NCBI GenBank assembly: GCA_000002435.2
Contig: CM018789.1
DNA: 64,000 nucleotides
Reading direction: 5' to 3' (one strand)
From: Giardia intestinalis
Lineage: Eukaryota
Below are positions 27,711-37,892 of this stretch, in pieces. The position numbers were made by a program, and so were the translations under genes. Within the stretch, counting starts at the first letter, position 1; each line of letters begins with the position of its first letter. The notes beneath the pieces were generated by a model, which saw nothing but the letters and a program-made list of their open reading frames with translations, made no database searches and was not told the origin of the DNA.

Positions 27711-29672
27711 ATGACAGACTTACAGTCCTTTTACCATAGCTCGGTTCAGCCCAAAGGTGGAGACATTGTTGTTGCAACCCTAGGTAATAGCGGGTCTACC
27801 TTTGCTGTTGCCACGGCAAAGCGAATGGTGTCTGTGTATGTTCTTGGCCAATCTGAGCCTACGCTGACATTTAAAGACTTCAACAGTGATGCAACGTCCA
27901 TCCTGTTCAGTTACGATGAGTCTTTATTGGCCCTAGGGACAATGGGAGGTTCTGTCCATGTTTATGATTTGAAAGCAAAGTCATGTTATTGGAGATTTTC
28001 AGCGCACAAGTCATACATTACAGCTATGGCCTTCACACAATCAGGCATGTTTCTCGCGACAGGCAGTATTGACGGGAGCATTCATATTTGGGACACGTCC
28101 AAGCGGGGAAAACTGCAGGATATAGCGAGTTGCAATTCTCAGCCTATTGTTCCTCCAACTGGTATTAAGGGCTCTGCCAGACTAACGTCAGTAGTCAACG
28201 ATCCTGCCATAACAGCCCTGACCTTCCCATCTAGTGGGGCCTTCCTCTTCATTGGGGATGCAGCAGGGCGGATATTTATTTGGAATACAGTTTCTCTTGC
28301 CTTTATCCAAGAGCTGATGGCCACCAGTCGGTCAGGTAATAGTAGCGAAGACCTATCACTTACTAATCCTCATATAAGTCAGAATAGCAACCAACTGCTT
28401 CAAATTACCAAGGTCAGCATAAAGCATATCACTGCTCATGATGAGCACAAGATCATTGCCGTCTGCGACGGAGAGAAGGTAACGTACTGGGATGTAGGAG
28501 CTTTTTCTGAAATCACTAAAGAAAACAGGGCCGGTGGTTGTGATTGGTCCTACTTTATGAATAATTCTGATGTTAGCTTAGTTTTTCATCCTCATGGCAT
28601 GCTCTGTGTGGATTATGAAGCAGAACAGGAGCATGTCTTGAGCTCAGTGCCAGTCAATCTAGACAACCTTTTTTCAGTAGCAATTAGAAGGAGTTCCCGA
28701 TTGCCGCAGGTCGTCATGCTGCTTCTGGAACAATCAACGACACCCAGCGTGAGCATTTGGGTGATTAATTTGAAGTATGTTGAACCATTTAAGACCTTGT
28801 ATGCCCATCTGATAGGTGACAAAGCCACAGAAGGGGGCAAACCCATGAAGAAGTCATCTGACACAGCATCTACAGCGAGCATACAGCAGCCCAAGCCAGC
28901 AGAAAAGCGGCAAAAGCCTCCACAATCAACCTCAGTGGTTCCTGCACCGAACCCCAATGGTAGAAATCGTCCACATGAGAAAGACGACAAAAGGCCTGCA
29001 GAACCCAAGAGGACATCAGCAAGTGCTACGCCAGAGTCGGATACCATAGCTCAGCCAACGGTGTACTCTGTATTTGATTACAACAAAATTCAACGGAAAC
29101 CAGGTGATACAGATGAGATGCTGTCTGTTTTATTAGGCAACACAGAGATAATAGAGTCCATGGAACATAAAAGCATCATTGTGGGAGTGTTTAGTGATTT
29201 GTGGCATGAGGGAAACATTAAGGTGGCCATTGAAACCCTACTCCAAGAAAAGGATATGCGTGTGGTTTGTGACGTTCTTAAGAAAATAGACGCCAGAAAT
29301 GGTATTAGCATAAGCGACATACTTCCAGTCCTTATCCACTTTTCTGCGTCTATCGAACATGCCATTGCATCTAAAGATCCATCTATCACGGCCATTTACA
29401 ATGCCACCGATAGCATGTCTCTATCGGTCAATTATGCAAAGATCTTCTCACAGGTTGTCTTTAGTACAATTCAAGCCTATAGCCGGACCAGTGCCAACGC
29501 CAACGATGTCGCTCTGGAGGATAGGTACGACAACTGCATCAAGTTCTTCGAGTCCATGTGCACAATAAAAGGGCTCTGTGAAGATGCTAGTGTACAGAGC
29601 ACAAGCTCCAAAATTAAAGCTAGTGCAAAGGCTTCTGCAGCTACACTACGCGATCTACGGTTCACCAAGTAA
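27711..29672 (+). CDS. WD40 protein with a katanin-p80 'con80'-like C-terminal domain (candidate katanin p80 regulatory subunit)
   Basis: N-terminal WD blades (ALGTMGGSVHVYDL, HKSYITAMAFTQSGMFLATGSIDGSIHIWDT, IGDAAGRIFIWNT). C-terminal FSDLWHEGNIKVAIETLL ... DMRVVCDVLKKI resembles the KATNB1 con80 block (FWERNDIKGAI ... DHSVLVDVL). The track start at 27663 is TTG; first ATG at 27711. Confidence 0.6.
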   Translation: MTDLQSFYHSSVQPKGGDIVVATLGNSGSTFAVATAKRMVSVYVLGQSEPTLTFKDFNSDATSILFSYDESLLALGTMGGSVHVYDLKAKSCYWRFSAHKSYITAMAFTQSGMFLATGSIDGSIHIWDTSKRGKLQDIASCNSQPIVPPTGIKGSARLTSVVNDPAITALTFPSSGAFLFIGDAAGRIFIWNTVSLAFIQELMATSRSGNSSEDLSLTNPHISQNSNQLLQITKVSIKHITAHDEHKIIAVCDGEKVTYWDVGAFSEITKENRAGGCDWSYFMNNSDVSLVFHPHGMLCVDYEAEQEHVLSSVPVNLDNLFSVAIRRSSRLPQVVMLLLEQSTTPSVSIWVINLKYVEPFKTLYAHLIGDKATEGGKPMKKSSDTASTASIQQPKPAEKRQKPPQSTSVVPAPNPNGRNRPHEKDDKRPAEPKRTSASATPESDTIAQPTVYSVFDYNKIQRKPGDTDEMLSVLLGNTEIIESMEHKSIIVGVFSDLWHEGNIKVAIETLLQEKDMRVVCDVLKKIDARNGISISDILPVLIHFSASIEHAIASKDPSITAIYNATDSMSLSVNYAKIFSQVVFSTIQAYSRTSANANDVALEDRYDNCIKFFESMCTIKGLCEDASVQSTSSKIKASAKASAATLRDLRFTK

Positions 29673-29790
29673 ATTATGCAACCTTACTATGCAGCAATAT
29701 ATGTAATAAATAAGCCTTTTGTTCCTACTGGCTTGCTATGAAACCGGGAAAGCCCAAAATAAAAATACGAAAACTACCGGGATTCACCAA

Positions 29791-32700
29791 ATGAGTAAGA
29801 CCGATCCTGTTATACTCTATGTGGGGGTAGCAGGGCCCTGTCCTAACTACATCAAGGGAAGCTATATACAAATGTATAAGAGGTCCCAAGCTCGAAATTC
29901 ATCGAACCTTCTACCTACGGTTTTAGCGCGATACCCATCCTCTGACTTGTCAGATTTTCCATTCCCACCTTATATCTACAACTATGTATTCCCTATGGGG
30001 GTTCAAATCCTGTCAGAAAAACCGGTTAAGAAACTCGATCATCACTGTTTCACATACACAACTGCACGGGGAAGACTTGTCTGGGGTATATCTCACCAGT
30101 TTGCATTGCCAATGGGCGATGAAATGCGCGGAATCATACAATCGCAATATGAAGACATTAATGTCACGGTCCAATCATACAGTCTGTACTCTATTTTTGC
30201 CCTTATCACAGAGGGCCACTTATCTAAATTTACCACTATTCTAGGCCAGTTTGCAAGAAGCATCCAGTCAGAGAGGGACTTCCAGGGTGTTTGCATGAAA
30301 ATATATGAGCTTTTCCCATCAAAGAAGAAGTTGCCCTACACTGTTATTATCGATACCGACAAGCAAGTCCAGGCATTTCCGACTGTAGCACTGACTTCAG
30401 CACAGTCAACTAGTGCTGGTTTTACACCAATAACTCAAAGAGTGCACCAGACACCCAAGGAAGTATCAGCTCTATCTCAGGCGGTTATCAATGGTGAAGT
30501 GCTAAAACGAAATTCAGGGCAGAAGAACTCTGAAAAGCTAAAGCTGACTTTCGAGAAGCTTTCTAACAACTGCTTTCCGTCAGTTTCTGTTAATTTTCTG
30601 ACCCTTTTTAGCCACGTTTCTCCCAATGCAATTGTGGACACGTTAGAGGCGCTTCTACAATCTCGAACGGTCTTATTTATTGGGAAATCACTCCACAGGG
30701 TGTCTATGTGTGTCATTGAAATGTGGACTCTTCTTTATCCGTTCTCGTATCCCTTTCCATTCCTCCCTGTCATGTCTGGTCTTCAACTGTACATTTTGCA
30801 CTCCCCCTTTCCAGTGCTTGCGGGCGCTTACAGATCCGTTATAACTGGCAATGCAATATCCCCCCTTCTTCACGTAGTCGATGTGGATACTGGCCGTGTT
30901 GTGCCGCCTTACGAGTTGCTCTCTTCGCAGTACGGTGGCAGGCTGCTTCGCTATGCGCTCCCGCGGGCAGTTATTTCTAGATTTCCAATTGCCTTTTACC
31001 TTGGAGAGGATCATAAGCATGAGAGTAAGCACGCCTCTCGTCATGAAGTAATGCCACATGCGGTCGCTCTTCACAATACATTCAATCTGGAGGGCACTGA
31101 TGAGACCTTAACCATCTCAAATCTTTTTCCAATGGAAAAGAAGGCAACAGCAGGGCAACGGAAAAAAGGCAAAGGTGGAGGCCAGTCTTCTCATACTGAT
31201 ATCACCAGTAATGAGCACTCATTGATCCCAACGGTTTCTAAGGCATATCAAAATCTAAGTGATACCTCTAAAGAACTACAGCAGCTGGTTCCTAACTTTT
31301 TCGGAATCTCTCATTTATGTCGTTTAATAACTATGAACTTTCATTTATTCACACTTTCCAAAATCATTCAAATATCATACGATAGCAACACTCTGCAATC
31401 AGGTATTAACACAAGACAACATGCTTTCCCTCCTCCAGTAGGAAAGGGCATTGCCAGCTATGCAACTAAAGCGCCCCCAGACATGCAAGCGAACAAGCGC
31501 CCTCTTTTATCAAAATCTGTCAATAGCATTGCCAGCGTCGCATCTGTTCATATGGTACCAACAGAGTCATCTAATTCGGGTGATAGCTTTCTAGGAGCAA
31601 TGCAATCCTGTGCAGGAAAGGTGAAACGACAAGTGAAGAAGCGCTTAGCCAAAAAGGAGCAGCGGTGGCGCCATGGAGATAGCTTGATCCTAGATCGTGA
31701 TGGAAAGGTATCTAGTTTACTTAGCACACAATTGCCACAAAACAGTTGTCCGAGACCCTCAGATCAGCGAAAATGTGGAGACTTGAATAGTGCAACTGCT
31801 TCGTCTGTATCGTCATCGAATATTTTTCAGGTTCCATCACTTCCTACTATTATAAAAAAGCGACTCCTTTTACTAATTAATCAAGCAGCTCGTATTTATA
31901 TAGACAAGTCCACTAAGGAGAAGCCTTCTAAAGGGGTAGCAGACACATCGACTACATGTAATCTTCCAAAGATGCCGAGTCACTACGAGCAGAAAATTAA
32001 TATACCAGGTCCAAATAATGGCCAGAACCACCTTCTGTCTGGATCTGATTCTGAGGAAGATACGATTGGTGCCCAATATCCCAATCCTATAGCTCTAGCT
32101 ATTATGAACAACTGCTGTACGCAGCAGTTGCCACTGCAAGCTATAATACCTAATTTTCAATCCACTAACATTTGTGCAACATATTCTTCCCCCATGACCC
32201 TCAAGCAGGACTACTCTGCTGCAAGAGCTATATACCCAGACGAAAAACATGTCTACTTTGACTACAAGGGATATAGTGACGAGGTGAAGCGTCTAGAGTC
32301 TATACAGGATTATGAGCATAAGGAGGGAGAGTTCAAAAGTCTAGAGGAGTCAGCAGATGATGAGGAAGTGTCTTTATATTCTGACAGGCTGCAGACAGGA
32401 TTTATGGTTATTCTACTTGGTTTGGTGAAGCATGTTTATCGCTGCATTAGACGGCGTTCATACACAAGTCTCCTCGTCGATCCAAATTTTGTTCAAACGG
32501 GTGCTTCATCAATCTCAATTCCTAAATTTAAAACAGATATGTTCCACTATTTAATAACAACAAAAGATAAAGAGCAACCTTATTATGTCCTTCCGACGTC
32601 GTCTTTTGCAAGCGAGGAGGATTTTTCTAGCACGATATTTACAGAAGAGAGCGTAATACAAGCTCTTAGGAGGATTGTTCCAGGGAATATACAAACTAAC

Positions 32701-33807
32701 ATAACCTCTGTTGTACAGGAGTCGGGAAAGTATGACGATGTCTTTGATTATGCCAGCTTCCTAGCATTACTCTCACCAGAGTTCCAGAGCTTCATGAAGT
32801 ACTTTGTTCACACACCCTTCTTCGAAGAGTTTCTAGAATCGAGACTTCTTTTCCCCTCTCAGCTGGATGGATATTCTTATCATCCGATTTTCAAGCAAAT
32901 AGCATTATTTTCACCAAAGCATTCTGACTCTGCCTTCACAAGCATTACAAGCACCTTTTCTGATAGTTGTGCCTCATCCGTTGCTGTGCCCTTTTTTTCT
33001 TTCTTGCCCAACGGGAGCCAGCAGCAATATACTTCTCTTCAGCTGAATGATTGCATCTCGGATACAACTGTGATGACACTCAGTGGCGACGAGCAGAGCT
33101 CTAGACCATCTTCTCCAGTGAATAACCACGGCTCTAGCTCGTTGCTGATTCACTCAGGTGAAATGGACCTTGTGGATGACATAATGGCTCTTAACTTTCT
33201 TCACAGGAATGCCCGAAGAGAAGCGCAGGAGCGATACTCATTTGAATTTCAGGCATTCAAACGAGGCCAGAGAAGACATGTTTGGAGGCCGAAGCAGGTG
33301 ACGCTTGTGACTAGTGCAACGAGGATCGTTATCCACTGGCGCAAGAATGACATCAAAGAGGTAAAATCGGTATCAGTATTAACTGAAGTTGACAGAGCAA
33401 ACCAATTGCGAGACAAAGATTCAGATGATGAGACCGCAGACAGCAGTACAATGGAGCTAATTCCTGGCCAGTACATCACTTTTGTTCCTTATCAGCCACT
33501 TTTAGAAAGTGCAGAGCACACTAACTGTATTTGTATATATGCAGATACCCGGCTCTTATTATTCTCCTTGAAGACACCAGAGCATCAGAGAGCTATGCTC
33601 AGCATTCTGATGCGGTCAGAGGTTCAAAGTAATGAACGCCTGAACTCCGAACAACCGTCAACTAAGTTTATTCTTGATACAAGGAGGGGACGCAGCAAAG
33701 CATTAGGCCACCTTATGAATGCTCTCGATAATGAAGACAGGATCCTTAAGCGCCAATTAGAAGATTTTATCATAGACGTGTATAGCGGAATACCCTTAGA
33801 CAAATAG
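29791..33807 (+). CDS. DENN-domain protein (Rab GEF family), about 1338 aa
   Basis: DENN core RTVLFIGKSLHRVSMCVIEMWTLLYPFSYPFPFLPVMSGLQLYILHSPFPVLAGA matches the DENN consensus (..iiF.s.s...L....e.l..LLyPF.W.h.YIPvLP..l.dyleAP.PFimGv). The track start at 29719 is TTG; first ATG at 29791. Confidence 0.65.
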   Translation: MSKTDPVILYVGVAGPCPNYIKGSYIQMYKRSQARNSSNLLPTVLARYPSSDLSDFPFPPYIYNYVFPMGVQILSEKPVKKLDHHCFTYTTARGRLVWGISHQFALPMGDEMRGIIQSQYEDINVTVQSYSLYSIFALITEGHLSKFTTILGQFARSIQSERDFQGVCMKIYELFPSKKKLPYTVIIDTDKQVQAFPTVALTSAQSTSAGFTPITQRVHQTPKEVSALSQAVINGEVLKRNSGQKNSEKLKLTFEKLSNNCFPSVSVNFLTLFSHVSPNAIVDTLEALLQSRTVLFIGKSLHRVSMCVIEMWTLLYPFSYPFPFLPVMSGLQLYILHSPFPVLAGAYRSVITGNAISPLLHVVDVDTGRVVPPYELLSSQYGGRLLRYALPRAVISRFPIAFYLGEDHKHESKHASRHEVMPHAVALHNTFNLEGTDETLTISNLFPMEKKATAGQRKKGKGGGQSSHTDITSNEHSLIPTVSKAYQNLSDTSKELQQLVPNFFGISHLCRLITMNFHLFTLSKIIQISYDSNTLQSGINTRQHAFPPPVGKGIASYATKAPPDMQANKRPLLSKSVNSIASVASVHMVPTESSNSGDSFLGAMQSCAGKVKRQVKKRLAKKEQRWRHGDSLILDRDGKVSSLLSTQLPQNSCPRPSDQRKCGDLNSATASSVSSSNIFQVPSLPTIIKKRLLLLINQAARIYIDKSTKEKPSKGVADTSTTCNLPKMPSHYEQKINIPGPNNGQNHLLSGSDSEEDTIGAQYPNPIALAIMNNCCTQQLPLQAIIPNFQSTNICATYSSPMTLKQDYSAARAIYPDEKHVYFDYKGYSDEVKRLESIQDYEHKEGEFKSLEESADDEEVSLYSDRLQTGFMVILLGLVKHVYRCIRRRSYTSLLVDPNFVQTGASSISIPKFKTDMFHYLITTKDKEQPYYVLPTSSFASEEDFSSTIFTEESVIQALRRIVPGNIQTNITSVVQESGKYDDVFDYASFLALLSPEFQSFMKYFVHTPFFEEFLESRLLFPSQLDGYSYHPIFKQIALFSPKHSDSAFTSITSTFSDSCASSVAVPFFSFLPNGSQQQYTSLQLNDCISDTTVMTLSGDEQSSRPSSPVNNHGSSSLLIHSGEMDLVDDIMALNFLHRNARREAQERYSFEFQAFKRGQRRHVWRPKQVTLVTSATRIVIHWRKNDIKEVKSVSVLTEVDRANQLRDKDSDDETADSSTMELIPGQYITFVPYQPLLESAEHTNCICIYADTRLLLFSLKTPEHQRAMLSILMRSEVQSNERLNSEQPSTKFILDTRRGRSKALGHLMNALDNEDRILKRQLEDFIIDVYSGIPLDK

Positions 33808-33896
33808 TATAGCACCATCCACTTGTAAATATACTCCTCAACGACTATACTCCTAACAACACAATTTACTGAAGGGTCGCCAAGAGACGCCACTGT

Positions 33897-34883
33897 TCAT
33901 GCCGTCTCGGACACGCGATAAATCTTGACCTCGTCGTATGCGGATAACGTAAGCTTAGCATTCACCATTCCCATAAGGAGCTTCTGACCAGGCTTGAGGT
34001 TTCCGCGCATCTCAAACTGCTTGGATGCATTCTTAGTCTTCTCTCGGCTGGGCTCATACACAAGCTGGCACTGGTCATTGTTGAATGCATAGTATATGGG
34101 CCAAGTTGTTTCGCCGAGAACGGGGACGCGGCCGACAACTGCAACAGGCTTGTCGGAGATGTTTTCAATCAAGTAGCAATCCACACGGCCGCACGGGGAA
34201 TGGTGAAGGAACTTGAGGCGATCTGATAGCTCGCCCTTGTACGCATAGTCGCTACCCTTTTCAGCTACCAAGGTTGCAATCGAGGCCCCAAACGACAAAA
34301 GAGTACGAGAAGTTTCCTCCTTGTCAATGTCGCACTCACTAAAGTATTTCTCAAGAGACTCAATGTTCATTTCTGTTTGAGGAACATCAGAGCAGAGGTC
34401 TATTATGAGGGACTTGGGTTTGGGACCCGAAATCATCATGCAGCTAAGACCCTTGGACGGAGCAACACAGCCAATATTCTTATCACCCGCCTCCACGATC
34501 CCGGCCGCTGTTGCCACCATCGCATCGGACGAGTACTTTGGAAGACAGCTAATAGGCGCATCTACAAGAGAAACAACTGACACAACTGTGATATTATTAC
34601 GCGCACAAACATAGACATCGGCAAAAGGGTATGCACCGGAAGAAATAAGGCTCCAGTCAGCACCTGCTAGTTTAACCAGAAGATCCTTGACCTCCTGGGG
34701 AGCTGTTTCATGTCCCTTCTCTCTAATCGAGTTGATTGCCTCCTCACAGAGCTCCTTCGGAGACGGTCCGCCCTTAACGCCGTAGGACGATACCACATTA
34801 AAATGCTCAAACTTATCATATGTCACTTCGTCGTCCATAACGTGATCAGCACCATCTGCAACATGAGAAGAACCGCAGCCCAT
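33897..34883 (-). CDS. Hypothetical protein with an N-terminal dual-acylation motif (MGCGSS: predicted N-myristoyl Gly2 and palmitoyl Cys3)
   Basis: The track ORF starts at 34940 (TTG). The first ATG at 34881-34883 gives MGCGSSHVADGADHV... The body is Gly/Ser/Ala-rich (SSYGVKGGPSPKE, IGCVAPSKGLSCMMISGPKPKS), suggesting an enzyme fold, but no family was recognised. Confidence 0.55.
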   Translation of the reverse strand: MGCGSSHVADGADHVMDDEVTYDKFEHFNVVSSYGVKGGPSPKELCEEAINSIREKGHETAPQEVKDLLVKLAGADWSLISSGAYPFADVYVCARNNITVVSVVSLVDAPISCLPKYSSDAMVATAAGIVEAGDKNIGCVAPSKGLSCMMISGPKPKSLIIDLCSDVPQTEMNIESLEKYFSECDIDKEETSRTLLSFGASIATLVAEKGSDYAYKGELSDRLKFLHHSPCGRVDCYLIENISDKPVAVVGRVPVLGETTWPIYYAFNNDQCQLVYEPSREKTKNASKQFEMRGNLKPGQKLLMGMVNAKLTLSAYDEVKIYRVSETA

Positions 34884-37800
34884 TAATATTTTTATTCTGA
34901 GTCCTTTTGCCTGTCCTTTGTTGTATTTTCTGTTGTCCAAGAATTATCTCTTTGAGTTAAAACATGCAATATATTATGAAGTACTTGCATTATCAGCACG
35001 CGTGCCCCGGGCTGCCTGCATATGGATGCGCGCTTTCTGCCCGGCGAGTCTGCACAAGCAAGGAAAGCTAGACAGATTCCATCGTCCGCCTGCATGAACT
35101 GTGCATGTGCCCATGTCCTTCGAGCAAGAAGCCTGCAAGAGCTCCCTAGACATCACCGCACTCTCCGAGCATTGGACTGTGTACCCAAAAAGCAACAGTC
35201 CCTGCATGTTCGGCATACAGCTCCCCTGTTATCGTTTGGTCGTAGAGTAAAGGCAGATGACCCCGTCGATGATTCGTCCATCTGTCTGTTGCTTCCGGCC
35301 TTGTAGTGTTACAACTCCTGTATACGAGTGTGGACCGAAGCTCGTGCAGGCAAGCCTGCTCCATTTATCGTTTGTCCTATGACGAAGGCAGGTCGGTATG
35401 TGGATTAGAGACCATCGCCCCGGGCGGAGCTGGTATCTTCCAGTAGATTTCCCGCCTGTACAAGTTCTCGAGCAGAGAGCGAGCGCCCTGGCCACAACTG
35501 TGTAGAATGTTATCGAGGAAGGGTCCAGCAAAGAAGAACGGCTCTAGCGCGGCGCAAACTATGAGTGTGTCTAAGTACTGCAGGTTAGGACGATCTATCA
35601 CGGCATGATTGTTGGTGTCTGTTCTTTGTCTAAAGAGGAAACTCACCAAGAGCTGGGAGTCAGACACACACTTGTCAACTAGTGTAGGGTAGTAGACATA
35701 GTCATCATCATTCATCAGGTGGATTATTGCGATAAGAGCTGAGGAGGTATGAACAACATGCTCCCAGTTATCTACAGAGCAAACAGTTTTCCTCGCTTTC
35801 AGATTGCAGAAGCACTTCAGAGGGCTCTAGCAAGCATTGAAAAACTGTCACTCTTGAGATTGTGTTAATACCTATATGACAGCCAAGCTAGCAGACACGG
35901 CAGCGTTGATCAAACGAAGCTTTGGGAATGTGGCCACTCAGTACGATTATTGTTGTCAACCTACTTCTAATTGGCGGTGGTGCTTTTCCCAAGTCAAGCT
36001 AAAATGATTAAGAAAAAGACTAGTCACGAACAAATTATAGCCGAAGGCCACCCTGAGATGACGAGAAGGATACACGACTGAATAACGATAGAGACGCATA
36101 GTGTGGGGGACGAAGGTACTGTCTGAAGCTCCAAGAAGACCCATTAGAACCAGGGCATAAATTGGCGAGGAGTCCCACAGCTTAATCACCGACCTATCTC
36201 TGTCTTCGGATATATCGGTAGATAAAGCGTGTTTATCCTTAGGACTCTTGGCTTACGTCTGTAAGCGGGCTCTGGCAATTCAATATGCAAGGTTCTTTTC
36301 TAGCATGACATACTGTACCTCATGTGACGCTTAAGCATGGCCCCTTTTACGTCTCTTTAGGTCGCAACATCTGGACGGACCTGTGAACATGTGTACTAAG
36401 ATGTAGCATCAAGGCATCTTCGAGTCAAAGGCTGTATCTGTGTGAGATTGACGCAGCTTTTAAGAAAAGTGTCGGCACTCTTGCTAACTACCTAGCTAAA
36501 GGAAGAGGGCAACGACTACAAGCGATATGACAGCTCCTGTTTTTGGTATTGAACCCCGGTTAACGTTCTCTGTTAGTGATTTGCTACAAGGGAAGGCACC
36601 GGGACTTCTTCTAATACCACACTTGTTTGCTCTATGTTTATCTGGTCATCACAAAAGTCTGTTGATACGTATATTTAAGCTATAAGGTAGCGTCATGGTG
36701 TGTTGAACAACAAATTCATTGTCCATGCCAAGGTGAATGGCCTCCATCAATAGGCGTTCGCTCTGCTCTGTCGCCTCACTTATACGAAGAGAACTGTGCT
36801 CCGTCTGTGGTTTCTAAAGTCAAGGTCACTTTACAATTCAGCATCTTACTTCATGGTTTTTTAGATTACAGCCATTGTACTATGGTGCAGCAGAAGGAAC
36901 CGTATGCTATGTCACAGGGCCCCTGGTAACAGGGTGCTTTGGAATATCGTTATCTTGACCGTGTCCCGATACTAGATGGGCTCCAGTTTAACTATCTAAG
37001 CAACGCCTGCTCATATCATCTACCATTTATCTGCACATTCATTGAGGGGCCTGACTGGCACAATAAGGAATGCTTCCGTAGCAGTTGAGAGTGCACGTTA
37101 GCCTTGCTTAGCAAATACCTGGTGTGGAAACAACATAGACTCGAGGTGGATGCTTGTGGGGTAAAAGGGCCTGGAAAGATAGATAATAATATCTTCGAAT
37201 GTTTTATCTGCTGAATTGATTGCCAGTCCAAGAAGCTTGACATAGCGAAAGTCCCTCCATTCCCTTACTGTGTTCGTGGAAGTGACTATGTCTTCGACGT
37301 GACATAGGCCGAACTCCAGCTCTGTATCACATACATCGATAGGACAGACAGAGCATACACCAGAGATTTATCACAACACATAGTTTCAAGAGCTTGTAGA
37401 AATCGTCCTTGCGAGTTAGCTATTTCAACCTTCTACGCATTTAAAGAGACAGGCCACTTGTGTGGGGAGTCGGACACCAGCTATTGGTAAGATAACTGTA
37501 AAAGAAGCTATAGCGACTTCAATTGTAGTGATCTTGCTCAGAATTTTCTTGGATGCATAAGGTGCTTTACCTTTCCTTGAAACCATAGAAACCCATCGCT
37601 GAACTCCAAGCTAGATGGCTTCTGGCGCGGAATTCTATGTGATGATCATACATATGTAAATCGTCTATGGTAGGCTGGCGCGAACCAGAGCAAAAGCCAT
37701 GCTGTTTAGGCTCACGGTGCCAGTGATGATATAATCTACTGTATAAGCCGATCAACGGATTCTTTCACGGTGTTCTAGCCACAGGCGCCTGGAGTTATAG

Positions 37801-37892
37801 ATCTAAGCCTGAGCCGCAGCCGGAGAGCCCGTCACGCGAGACGAAGTAAAACTAAGGTCATACTTCACGGCAATTTACTTCATCCTGCAAAA

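Noticed and set aside
33897-34940. Glycerate-kinase / Ppx-GppA / sugar-kinase identity for the MGCGSS protein
   Set aside because: I considered these families because of the Gly-rich loops but could not match any diagnostic motif by eye. It is left as hypothetical.
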